Shown here piece by piece: positions 52,776 to 64,000 of a stretch of DNA of 64,000 nt. Each line of letters begins with the position of its first letter. The stretch's first letter is position 1. The notes under the pieces were generated by a model. That model was not told the DNA's origin, made no database searches, and was given only the letters and a program-made list of their open reading frames with translations. The position numbers and the translations under genes were made by a program. Source of the stretch: Octopus bimaculoides (Eukaryota); assembly GCF_001194135.2 (NCBI RefSeq), contig NC_068985.1:15872304-15936303 (forward strand), in the 5' to 3' direction.

Positions 52776-53001
52776 ACTTCATTTATATTCTTTCAGCAGG
52801 TGACCCAAAGGAAAACCAGGTTGTCTGTGACATGACCCTGGTTTGATTTCTGGTGTAGCACCCTTGTAGAAGAAACTGGATATTTTATTGCAGTTCTGCC
52901 AGAGTGTAACTAAATGTTAATGAAATGTCTCCTAAACCTACGTACTTATTACATCACAGTTTTATTGATTAAATCTTGCTCAATACATTCCTAAAATGCT
53001 T
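52775..53001. repeat. 227-bp direct repeat, copy 2
   Basis: See copy 1. Confidence 0.92.
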
Positions 53002-53557
53002 TTTACATGTATGTATGTATGTATGTATGTATCTATGCATGTTTATATACATTCATACACATGCAATACATAAAATACATAAGCACATGTATATATATAT
53101 ATATATATATNNNNNNNNNNNNNNNNNNNNNNNNNNNNNNNNNNNNNNNNNNNNNNNNNNNNNNNNNNNNNNNNNNNNNNNNNNNNNNNNNNNNNNNNNN
53201 NNNNNNNNNNNNNNNNNNNNNNNNNNNNNNNNNNNNNNNNNNNNNNNNNNNNNNNNNNNNNNNNNNNNNNNNNNNNNNNNNNNNNNNNNNNNNNNNNNNN
53301 NNNNNNNNNNNNNNNNNNNNNNNNNNNNNNNNNNNNNNNNNNNNNNNNNNNNNNNNNNNNNNNNNNNNNNNNNNNNNNNNNNNNNNNNNNNNNNNNNNNN
53401 NNNNNNNNNNNNNNNNNNNNNNNNNNNNNNNNNNNNNNNNNNNNNNNNNNNNNNNNNNNNNNNNNNNNNNNNNNNNNNNNNNNNNNNNNNNNNNNNNNNN
53501 NNNNNNNNNNNNNNNNNNNNNNNNNNNNNNNNNNNNNNNNNNNNNNNNNNNNNNNNN

Positions 53558-54555
53558 GAAGGGAAGTCAAACATTATCCTCACTTTTGCTATAACATATA
53601 TTTATTATCATCACACTGCTTTCTGCGCATGCGTGCTTATAGTTGGTACTATTGTGGTCGCGTGATCGAAGTTTGAGCCTGATCGCGCTATTTTTCTTTC
53701 TGGCTTTACAGTGTAAGCTCGGGAGATGATAATGGTCAACCGGCGAGTTATCATCAAGGAAGTAGCTTGTTCTCTGCAGATTAGTCGTGGTTCTGCCTAT
53801 CAAATCATCCATGATGAGCTCAGCTTCCATAAAGCCTGTACAAAAATGGGTGCCAAGAGTAGCTTACTGCAGAGCACAAGCGCAAACGTCTTGAGGTCTG
53901 CCAGCCTTCACTCGATCACTACAAAAATGAGCGCGAGGAATTCAAACGACAGAGTATGGAGTGGAAACATCCTGGCTCGCCAGCGACGAGGAAATTCAAG
54001 ACTCAGTCTTCCGCGGGAAAGGTGACGCTAACCCAGTTTTGGGATTTAGAAAAATGTCTGTACTGGAAGATTACCTGGAAAAGGGGTGTACGACCAACAG
54101 TGCGAAATTCAGTGCTTTGCTGGCCAACAAACTGAAGCCAGCAATTCTCACCAAACGTCGAAGTAAGTTTTGTTGTTGCATGGCAATGCACGCCCACACA
54201 CGGCTGCTTAGACCATTGAAACCATTAACCAATTGGGTTTTGAGGTGCTGAAACACTCTGCCTAGAGATCAGATCTCACCCCTTTCGATTATCATATCTT
54301 TGGACCGCTCAAAGATGGTTTAGAAGGTCGTCGATTTCCTACGGATGAAGATGTGAAGGAAGCGGTGCATAAATGGTTGCACGACCAACCGGAAAACTTC
54401 TTCTTGGAGGGAATACACAGGCTTTTGAACAACTGGACCAAGTGCATCGAAAAGAAAGGAGACTATATAGAAAAATGACGTACTTGTTCATTCCCTGCTT
54501 TTGTGTAAATACATTGAAAAAACAAAGAGTGCATAAAATTTTTGACTCTCCCTCA
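53558..54555 (+). mobile_element. Mariner element, internally deleted and frameshifted
   Basis: TIRs gaagggaagtcaaacattatcctcact / agtgcataaaattttttgactctccctca(ta); NRRVIIKEVA.SLQISRGSAYQIIHDEL.FHK..TKWVP; SMEWKHPGSP..RKFK..SAGKV; DLTPFDYHIFGPLKDGLEGRRF..DEDVKEAVHKWL..QPENFFLEGI...KKGDYIEK*. Confidence 0.93.
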
Positions 54556-55001
54556 TATATGCATGTCCTTATGCATTGCATGTGTATATATGTAAGGATA
54601 CATTTGTAATATGTGTGTGTGTATGTATATATGCATGTATACATTTATGCATGTACTTGTATACATGTTATAGGTTAAATACCTAAGACGTTTAACACAC
54701 ACACATATATATATACATGTGGTGGTTGTCTACTCCTNNNNNNNNNNNNNNNNNNNNNNNNNNNNNNNNNNNNNNNNNNNNNNNNNNNNNNNNNNNNNNN
54801 NNNNNNNNNNNNNNNNNNNNNNNNNNNNNNNNNNNNNNNNNNNNNNNNNNNNNNNNNNNNNNNNNNNNNNNNNNNNNNNNNNNNNNNNNNNNNNNNNNNN
54901 NNNNNNNNNNNNNNNNNNNNNNNNNNNNNNNNNNNNNNNNNNNNNNNNNNNNNNNNNNNNNNNNNNNNNNNNNNNNNNNNNNNNNNNNNNNNNNNNNNNN
55001 N

Positions 55002-55044
<43 letters not shown>

Positions 55045-55045
<1 letters not shown>

Positions 55046-55640
55046 GGTTCCATAGTGTATATAAGCTTGGAGCTCATTTCTCCAGTTGCGCTCTTTATTT
55101 CTTGAAGTTGAAGTTCTCAGGAGTAGTACTGAGTTGGTTAGTTACATAACTAAAAACCCCAATAATCATAGTTATAATTCAAAATTTGCAGTCCAACTGC
55201 AGTATTTACAGATTTCTCCTTAATTCGCCATAAATTTTACTTTCGACTATATGTAACATTATATCAAGGTCAAGTGGACTATTTATTTCTGCTACTGTAT
55301 ATAATTTCTTTTTAAGTCCCAGATAATTGCCTGGTATGATGTGCATATATTTTATTGAGGATTTTTACAGGAACATTACTCCATTATTCTTTTATATAAT
55401 GGGTGTATAAGTCCTTGGTGACTCTATCCTTTTAAGGATTGGGCACACCACATCATTCACAGTATCCTGATATCATTTTCAAACAGATGCACACGATGTA
55501 GGTAAAATCTTTGATCTTAATTCTTCAGAGTCTTCACTGATTTTCATATCGAAATGTTCCAACTAGATCTCTATCCTTACAGTATCAGGTGTTGTGTTAT
55601 TTCTTGTTCTTGTATTGCAAAAGCATATATTTCAAATTGT
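55045..55640 (-). mobile_element. Decayed Dong/R4-type LINE fragment
   Basis: YAFAIQEQEIT; MISGYC; NVPVK; IIWD; VAEINSPLDLDI; YGEL.RNL*IL; GYVTNQLST: the same domain order as the 35 kb and 52 kb copies. Confidence 0.75.
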
Positions 55641-56338
55641 GAACTAATATAACGCATATACGTCCACAATGGACTATTTGGCTATCTATCATATATTACT
55701 GTCAGCCTGAATACTACTGACTACATAGTTAATTCATATCTTTATGCTTGAAAGCTTTTCCCCGATGCTTTCAGGCAATAAAGTATGGAGGTAGAAAGAG
55801 AGGATTATTGAAAGAGAAGTTATATAGATAGTTTCGTAGAGACCCGAGTTTAAAGAGAGGCTTTGAAGATAGGAGAACTGTGCAACCCCCTCGATTTGCA
55901 TAGCTAGATATTTTTTACGGCGAATAGTCTCCAAGGAGCTCTGTTTCAAGCCATCATGGTGGTATTAGCCTTGTTAATGTAGGTTTGTTCAGTGGAGTCA
56001 CTGCAATGCTTGGTGAGTGGTAGTTGCTGTGGAAGGGAATTGATGCATCGTACAAACGGTGTTTGAATCAATGTTAAACCTGCAGAAGAATAACATTGTT
56101 GATATGGAATTTTTTTTTCTTTTGCAGTCACCGGCTTCCGGGTTTTGACATTCTCTGTTTCAAATATCATCTGGTGTTCATTAGAGTAGCTCGAATGTTG
56201 ATATTAGTACTGGTACAGTAAACACATTGTGGGACACTGATTGATTGTATGACGACAACACCGAGGAGCAATTTTTCTTTCATCCGGTTGAAACAAGTCA
56301 ATACTTTGTGTATGAATATCTTCTCAAACGTATGAATG

Positions 56339-56397
<59 letters not shown>

Positions 56398-56408
56398 GTC
56401 TATCTAAC

Positions 56409-56449
<41 letters not shown>

Positions 56450-56582
56450 ATANNNNNNNNNNNNNNNNNNNNNNNNNNNNNNNNNNNNNNNNNNNNNNNN
56501 NNNNNNNNNNNNNNNNNNNNNNNNNNNNNNNNNNNNNNNNNNNNNNNNNNNNNNNNNNTATATATATATATATATATATATG

Positions 56583-57327
56583 AATATCAGGGTAGGAAAA
56601 ATTTTAGAAATGTTTTCTACCAATGACTCGTATGTAGAAAAACTAGTCAATAAACTATGCATTATTCATATAAATATACTATTTACTATCTTTCTCCTGG
56701 ACCATGGTTTCAAACTCTATTTAACAAATAAAGTAATTTGCCAGGCGAAGTTCTCATCAACAGGAGCACCAAGATTAACATATAATTACGAGGTAATACA
56801 GTACATGCCTCTTGCTTACATATTATAATTTTTCAAATCCACCGCGCAAGCGCAGTTTTTTTGTCGGCAGCAAATAAAATAATGCCGACTTGCTTCAAAG
56901 AATTTGCCAAAAATTATTAATAAATATCAGGGTAGGAAAAAGTTTAGAAATGTTTACTACCAGTGGCCTAGCATGTTAAAAAACTAGTCAATAGACTATA
57001 TATTATTCATACAAATACAGTGTACATTTAAGCACATAAGAGATGGCCATAATAGGACATCTAACATGCTAGAAAGAGCAGTCAAAATCTAAACAACTAT
57101 TAGGGGTAATTTCGAAGGGAATGGAAAACAAGAACTTCGCCTAGTAAATTACTTTATTTGCTAAATAGAGTTTGAAACCATGGTCCAGGAGAAAGATGGT
57201 AAATGTTTTTATTTTTCATTCCCTTCGAAATTCCCCCTAATAGTGGTTTGGATTTTCACTACTCCTTCTAGCGTGTTAGATGTCCTATTATGGCCATCTC
57301 TTATGTGTTTAAATGTACACTGTATTT
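56583..57327. mobile_element. Nested foldback element: direct repeat A (56583-56677 / 56923-57017), inverted B (56682-56754 / 57131-57203), inverted C (57013-57128 / 57213-57327)
   Basis: All three pairs were read directly, e.g. C tgtacatttaagcacataagagatggccataataggacatctaac / gttagatgtcctattatggccatctcttatgtgtttaaatgtaca; B ctcctggaccatggtttcaaactctattt / aaatagagtttgaaaccatggtccaggag. Confidence 0.88.
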
Positions 57328-57444
57328 ATATGTGTGTATATATATATGTATGTATATATACATATATGTATGTATGTATGTATGTATGTATATCAGTATG
57401 TATGTATATATATATATACACATATATGTTGTATGTACATATTC

Positions 57445-57612
57445 ATTGCCAGTTCAAATATACTTGAGGCATATTCGAACCTGTGACAAGGCCATTCACT
57501 GTATTTTGTCACGGAGAAAATGGCAATAAATTTGCATTTTCTCCATGACAAAATACAGTGAGTAGCTTTCTCACGGGTTCGAATATGCCTCAGGCATGTT
57601 TGAACAGGTAAT
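57445..57612. repeat. Near-palindromic hairpin, about 82-bp arms, about 5-nt loop
   Basis: gaggcatattcgaacctgtga...tcactgtattttgtcacggagaaaatggcaa-taaat-ttgcattttctccatgacaaaatacagtga...tcacgggttcgaatatgcctc. Confidence 0.92.
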
Positions 57613-57662
57613 ATGTTTGTATTTATCCACACCACTGCTTAGAACTGTCACCCTCTACTAAT

Positions 57663-57739
57663 GTTGTTGTTGTTGGCACTCCGTCGCTTACGACGTCGAG
57701 GGTTCCAGTTGATCCGATCAACGGAACAGCCTGCTCGTG
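57663..57739 (-). mobile_element. SINE family 3, 3' end (cut by gap)
   Basis: gttgttgttggcactccgtcgcttacgacgtcgagggttccagttgatccgatcaacggaacagcctgctcgtg matches 48745-48818. Confidence 0.9.
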
Positions 57740-57769
57740 NNNNNNNNNNATATGTACTGCATAGAGTAA

Positions 57770-57817
<48 letters not shown>

Positions 57818-58859
57818 TTATATAAGCATATAGAAATAGAGACAGGGAGAGAGATGGATAGAAAGAGCGAGTTTGACAATCACAAGAGTACTGCGTGATA
57901 CTGACACAGAGAGAGCTGCTAATACATGAATAATCAATATATTTATCAACGATGGTCCTGTATCGTCGGAACAAAGACAAAAGAAAAAGACACTATTAAG
58001 TATGTAACACTAGAAATACACAAGTCTACCTTGATATAAAAAAAACCTGTCTCGACCCTCAGACGGTTAATTTACATAATACAAAGATGCGAGTTAATTA
58101 TTCAATAAGGTATATACATATATCTGAATATATGTATTGTTATGTATGCAACTATGAAGATAGGTGTTGTATATATGTATAGGTATGTACGTGTGTGTGT
58201 GTGTATACATATACGTAGAAACATATATATATATATATATATATATATANNNNNNNNNNNNNNNNNNNNNNNNNNNNNNNNNNNNNNNNNNNNNNNNNNN
58301 NNNNNNNNNNNNNNNNNNNNNNNNNNNNNNNNNNNNNNNNNNNNNNNNNNNNNNNNNNNNNNNNNNNNNNNNNNNNNNNNNNNNNNNNNNNNNNNNNNNN
58401 NNNNNNNNNNNNNNNNNNNNNNNNNNNNNNNNNNNNNNNNNNNNNNNNNNNNNNNNNNNNNNNNNNNNNNNNNNNNNNNNNNNNNNNNNNNNNNNNNNNN
58501 NNNNNNNNNNNNNNNNNNNNNNNNNNNNNNNNNNNNNNNNNNNNNNNNNNNNNNNNNNNNNNNNNNNNNNNNNNNNNNNNNNNNNNNNNNNNNNNNNNNN
58601 NNNNNNNNNNNNNNNNNNNNNNNNNNNNNNNNNNNNNNNNNNNNNNNNNNNNNNNNNNNNNNNNNNNNNNNNNNNNNNNNNNNNNNNNNNNNNNNNNNNN
58701 NNNNNNNNNNNNNNNNNNNNNNNNNNNNNNNNNNNNNNNNNNNNNNNNNCACACACACACACGCACACAACGCAGGTTAGCAGTGAACTCTGAGATTCCC
58801 CCTTGGTTGTACATATCTGTTGAGAACAGACACATAATTTTCAATTCCTGAATTATATA

Positions 58860-59780
58860 TTGGATCATCCCATAAATAATGCAGTTTTTTCAATTGCATG
58901 AACTAAAAGTCGGAGGGGAACGAGATAAACTACCTGCATCTACTTGCTATAAAAGCAGGAACTAATTTTACCTTGTCCCTATTAGTGCAAGTTTTGAAGA
59001 GTGCAGTTCGATTTTAACAGTTATTTTTTCAAAGCTATAATGGAAGTGACTAAGGAGCATATTCGGCATATTTTGTTTTATGAGTTCAATAAAGTCAACA
59101 ACGCAGCGGAAAGTGCAAGGAATATTAATGCTGTATATGGGGATCAGACAATAAGCGTAAACCAGTGTCAACAGTGGTTCTAGAAATTCCGAGCCGGAAA
59201 CTACAGCCTAGAAGTATAGCCTCGTCCTGGAAGATCTGCAGAACTCGACGAGGACGTCCGGCAAACTCTGGGGGGAACAAAATCCCATCGTAACTGTTGA
59301 GGTACTAGCAGAGGAGCTTGTATTTGGCAATTCAACCATTCATCGATACATGCACTCGAAGAAAAACGACCACCTTTGATTTCAAGACGAAAGGTGTTCT
59401 TCCATCAGGACAATTTTCGGCCACATACAGCGAGGATGACATTCTAAAGGTTGGAGCAGTTTTTTTGGGAAACGATTCCCCACCGACCATATTCACCGGA
59501 CATTGCCCCATCTGGTTATCACTTACTCCGCAGTCTTCAAAATTATTTGGACGGAAAAAATATAAATTCTGTAGACGAGGTCAGGACAGTATTGGAGAAG
59601 TACTTTCCGTCACGGACATGTGAATTTTGGAAGAAGGGGCCTTGCAAGTCTACTTGATAGATGGAAGAGCATTGTAGAAAATGAAAGAGGGTATATTTTA
59701 GCTTTTAAAAGTACTTATCTTAATTTTGAAAAATAAAAGAAGTGTAAAAAAAAACCCGCATAATTTATGGGGTGACCCAT
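58860..59780 (+). mobile_element. Mariner element with both TIRs, internally deleted
   Basis: TIRs ttggatcatcccataaataatgcagtttttt / aaaaaaacccgcataatttatggggtgaccca; MEVTKEHIRHILFYEFNK..NAAESARNINAVYG...WF*KFRAGN; QDN.RPH; PYSPDIAPSGYHLLRSLQNYLDGK. Confidence 0.95.
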
Positions 59781-60206
59781 ATATACGCTTATATGTGGAG
59801 GCGCGTGNNNNNNNNNNNNNNNNNNNNNNNNNNNNNNNNNNNNNNNNNNNNNNNNNNNNNNNNNNNNNNNNNNNNNNNNNNNNNNNNNNNNNNNNNNNNN
59901 NNNNNNNNNNNNNNNNNNNNNNNNNNNNNNNNNNNNNNNNNNNNNNNNNNNNNNNNNNNNNNNNNNNNNNNNNNNNNNNNNNNNNNNNNNNNNNNNNNNN
60001 NNNNNNNNNNNNNNNNNNNNNNNNNNNNNNNNNNNNNNNNNNNNNNNNNNNNNNNNNNNNNNNCGTGTGTGCGTGTGTGCGTGTGTGTGTGTGTGCGTGT
60101 GCGTCTGTGCGTGCGTGCGTGCGTGCGTGTATAGGGTGAAAAGGACTTCGAAGTTTCAACTCGGTTGCTTTCGTTAAAAGAAACAATAATGTATATATAT
60201 ACACAT

Positions 60207-60247
<41 letters not shown>

Positions 60248-60654
60248 TACATACACACACATACATACATGCATACATACATACATACATGCATACATAC
60301 ATACATACATACATACATACATACATACAAGTGAAGAGACGGAAGAAAGTATCTCTCAACACATTTGGTAGAATTAAATACATTTAATAACAGCTTGAGT
60401 CATTAATTAAAGTTTCGTGGGCGAATGTCGTTCGAAGATAAAGTGGTGAAAATTTCAAGAATTTTGTCGGTCAGTTCAAATCGCATTGTGGTTTATGTTA
60501 TCAAAGAGATATCAGTTTATTCCGTTGTTGTTTTTTTTTGTTTTTTTTTTTCCATAATATTCGGTCCATGTGTGAGTTACAAAAATTTTAGAGTCACTTT
60601 TTCGGCTGTGTGTAGAATGGTACATTTGGGGACGTTAGTTTCTTGCACTGGATA

Positions 60655-61152
60655 CATACAGCACGTGATGCTTGTGTTGCATGGTACAGAGTCCTATTGC
60701 CAGACATAGGTTCTTCCAGCAGCCACCTTCTCGATCCAGAGCAGCACTACCTCCTCCAGGGACTTGATATAGGCCTCCGTGTTGAGTCTGAGGCCGTGTG
60801 GGAAGATGAATGGAGGCATAACGTGGCCATCACTAGTGATCACTCCAAACGCCATGATGTTGACTGGATGCTTGGTTTGTTATCACTCTCGGTTCATGTC
60901 CTCAGATTGCACTGTCTTCAGATTGACACCCAGACACTCTGAAATGTACGTATTGAAGCTTCCGGCGCGAATACCAAGCAGTACATGTCGTTTCCAAATT
61001 TCTGGTAGAATCAGTTGCATCATAGTACTGCTTTTCTCACAGACGGTGCTCAACTGACCCTACTATACCGTGTAGTCGACAAAATCAAAACCAAGCAATG
61101 CGCATGCGCGACATTTAAATATAAAATGGTGACAATTTACCCATCGCACCCA
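60655..61152 (-). mobile_element. maT/DD37D-like transposon fragment, internally deleted
   Basis: TIR-like gggtgcgatgggtaaattgtcacc; PEIWKRH.LLGIRAGS..ISECLGVNLKTVQ joined to KHPVNIMAFGVITSDGHVMPPFIFPHGLRLNTEAYIKSLEEVVLLWIEKVAAGRTYVWQ*DS. Confidence 0.85.
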
Positions 61153-61594
61153 CCATATACATACGCATACACACACGCACATACATACACACACACATAT
61201 ATTCACACGTATGTATGTGCGTATGTGTGTCTGTATGTCTATGCTAGCATGTGGTCTAATACTGTTATACTTTCCGCAGATATTAAAATCAAATCAGATT
61301 AAAGTATATATCACTGTCAAATAAAAAAAAACATTTTATTTACTTCACGTGGGTGATGTCCACGTGATATTCGCTTCAATCACGTGCTATACTATCGTCT
61401 GATCAGTGAAGTTCTCAGTCCTGGTAGTGTATCAGCGCATCTGTGTTATTCTACCCTCCTCTCTTTATCTGTAACGATTATTTTTCTTCCCCCCTTTCTC
61501 TCTATTAATCTTTCTTTCTGAAAACACTCGTTTGAGTAGGGAAGGACACATCTGTCTAGTTATCTTAGTGTGTGTGTGTGTTTAAGTATGTATG

Positions 61595-61704
<110 letters not shown>

Positions 61705-61713
61705 CATACAAAC

Positions 61714-61758
<45 letters not shown>

Positions 61759-62219
61759 NNNNNNNNNNNNNNNNNNNNNNNNNNNNNNNNNNNNNNNNNN
61801 NNNNNNNNNNNNNNNNNNNNNNNNNNNNNNNNNNNNNNNNNNNNNNNNNNNNNNNNNNNNNNNNNNNNNNNNNNNNNNNNNNNNNNNNNNNNNNNNNNNN
61901 NNNNNNNNNNNNNNNNNNNNNNNNNNNNNNNNNNNNNNNNNNNNNNNNNNNNNNNNNNNNNNNNNNNNNNNNNNNNNNNNNNNNNNNNNNNNNNNNNNNN
62001 NNNNNNNNNNNNNNNNNNNNNNNNNNNNNNNNNNNNNNNNNNNNNNNNNNNNNNNNNNNNNNNNNNNNNNNNNNNNNNNNNNNNNNNNNNNNNNNNNNNN
62101 NNNNNNNNNNNNNNNNNNNNNNNNNNNNNNNNNNNNNNNNNNNNNNNNNNNNNNNNNNNNNNNNNNNNNNNNNNNNNNTATATATATATATAATGCATGC
62201 ATACATACATACATACATA

Positions 62220-62480
62220 CAGGGTGTTCGTGCTAAATTTGACGATATTTTTGCCTCTTTTTTTTTCGAGAACAGCTTGATGCATACGTGAACAGTAAAC
62301 GGCGTTTTAGAGTATAAAGATTAATGTTGTAGTTGACAAAAAGTTAGCTGATATGGAAGACTGGAAGTCACCCGAATATCGGAAAAGACTTACCTGCATC
62401 ATCATGATTCGCACCAGCGATTAAAATGCCAACATCACGACTGATGCTCAATACTCTGAACATGTTATAACTGCAAAGGT
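62220..62480 (+). mobile_element. Probable maT-like 5' end
   Basis: ta+cagggtgttcgtgctaaatttgacgatatttt resembles the 61128-61151 TIR; MEDWKSPEYRKRLTCIIMIRTSD resembles the PEIWKRH.LLGIRAGS N-terminus. Confidence 0.5.
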
Positions 62481-63059
62481 GAACTACAAAGGTGTAATAT
62501 CTGTGTTTCATTTTTTGTTATAGCTTATTCAGTCATGGCAAAGCATTCTCTTCCTTTAGCTGTCAAATCATCGATGTGTGAAGCATTGGAGAACCGGGAG
62601 GGTGCATACATCCATCTACGATGACACAAACATCTAGAATAATTAGCAAAAGCATGGTGTGTACTACGGCTGTTTGTTTTACCCCTTTCCTCTCTAATGA
62701 TGATAAATATATCTATCGTACTTAATTTTAATGAAAGCGATAAAGAGACATATAGTTAAAATATAGAAAAAATACGTTTACTTAATCAGAGCAATTTATA
62801 TACTATCATACTCTGCATTTAAGAGTTTTGACAAAAATTCTTCTCGGTTCTGTTTGATGTGTAAAGAGTGAAATTTTCGCCACTGCAGAATAATTCCAGA
62901 ATAATGATGAAAAACTAGATTTCTTGGTGCAATTTTGTTTAGTAATTATTATGTTGCTACTTTTTTTTATCCAAAATTTGCCTTCCAAACGATTTGTTTT
63001 GTTGTTCTTGTTTTCTATTTGGATTTTAAAATTATTTTAATCTGTTAATCAAATGAGTG

Positions 63060-63930
63060 CTACGTAAATCTTGCTCGCGAGAAAATAAGGGCGGAATCAT
63101 GTATTCTCCATCATGCAGGAAATGACTGATACTAATCATTTCAAATGCTGAAATAAGCAGAAATTTAACGTCCATTACTCTTTCAAATATGTCAACGATA
63201 ACATCTCCTTGACCTGGTATTAATTCTCTTGATTGTTGCTCAGTTGACTTTCATTTGCCAGCACACTATTTTCAACATCCAGGTGATATCTATTAAATTC
63301 CTCTTACACTGTGATCTTCAAGATTAGCAATTTTACATTTTAAAATATAAAGATGAATATCACAAGGTGTTAAAAATTAATCTTGGAATGAATATATCTT
63401 TTCATCTGTTACTATCAGCCCGTATTTCTCCATGAAGATAGAGATCACAAAGAGGTTATAGCAAAAGTTATCGTTCATTGAGTCGATCTCAGGTCATGAT
63501 TGCGTAATATAATAATTGTACTATTCCTCAGTTTCAAGATTTGCGGCAATATTCAAAATGGAGTTACTTAACTGGATAACCTTCATCTTTGTCTTCATCT
63601 TATGTCTTCATCTGTGACATCAATACTTTTAACACTTTATAAGTGATTATTTCCAAGCAGCAATGCAAGAATGTCATTCCTCGTATCAAAACATCTACAG
63701 TTTTGGGGGTTCATATTATCGTTAATGATATAATTTCAATTATGTTTTTTTATTATCTGAAATGTCTATTACCTCTTCAAATACGTGGTTGATAATATGC
63801 ACTTGATTTGGTATTAGTTCAAGAGATGTCTCTAATGGATTTTCTTTCGGTCCACATTTATTTGTCAGTGCAACATCAAGTAGCCATCAATTCACTTCTT
63901 TTTGCCCGTGATCCTCACACTTCCTAGCAG
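63060..63930 (-). mobile_element. Decayed Helitron PIF1-like helicase fragment
   Basis: WLLDV...; KSIDVTDED..YP; KLRNSTIIILRN (cf. LKLKVGS.IILLRN); KDIFIPRL (cf. GK.VFIPRI); degenerate SQG and F.HDGEYM..FSR (cf. VFSHGQLYVALSR). Confidence 0.7.
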
Positions 63931-64000
63931 GCTTAGCAATTTTCTATTAGATCAAAGCTGAGATGATTTAATAGAATTTTCAATAAAAGCAATATTGGAA

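Noticed and set aside
59796-59807. gtggaggcgcgtg, a possible SINE family 3 head entering the gap
   Set aside because: Only about 12 bp are visible before the N run, too short to call.

Overview
AT-rich, microsatellite-saturated eukaryotic DNA with 16 assembly gaps (N runs), most of them flanked by simple repeats. The repeat complement (three tRNA-derived SINE families, Dong/R4, RTE and CR1-group LINE fragments, several Tc1/mariner groups, Tigger, Helitron, Penelope) looks to me like an octopus/coleoid cephalopod genome; this is recognition from memory, not a database result. I found no confident host protein-coding gene, tRNA, rRNA or CRISPR, so the window looks intronic or intergenic. Most ORF-track entries are translated microsatellites or gaps, and the rest are decayed transposon fragments. 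The most interesting signal is a set of hammerhead-ribozyme-like motifs. One has a complete catalytic core (16382-16434, minus strand). The others lie in the arms of inverted-repeat (foldback) elements: one brackets a Penelope GIY-YIG remnant (15256-16150), and one family occurs at two loci (20600-20880 and 33056-33370). There are further long hairpins at 56.6-57.6 kb. Hammerheads in Penelope-like elements are an established phenomenon, so any novelty lies in these particular families. Other points: a LINE and a SINE share a 3' tail, two Dong 3' ends are anchored in (TATG)n, and an RTE appears internally deleted. Boundaries of decayed elements are approximate (tens of bp) and all alignments and folds were done by eye.
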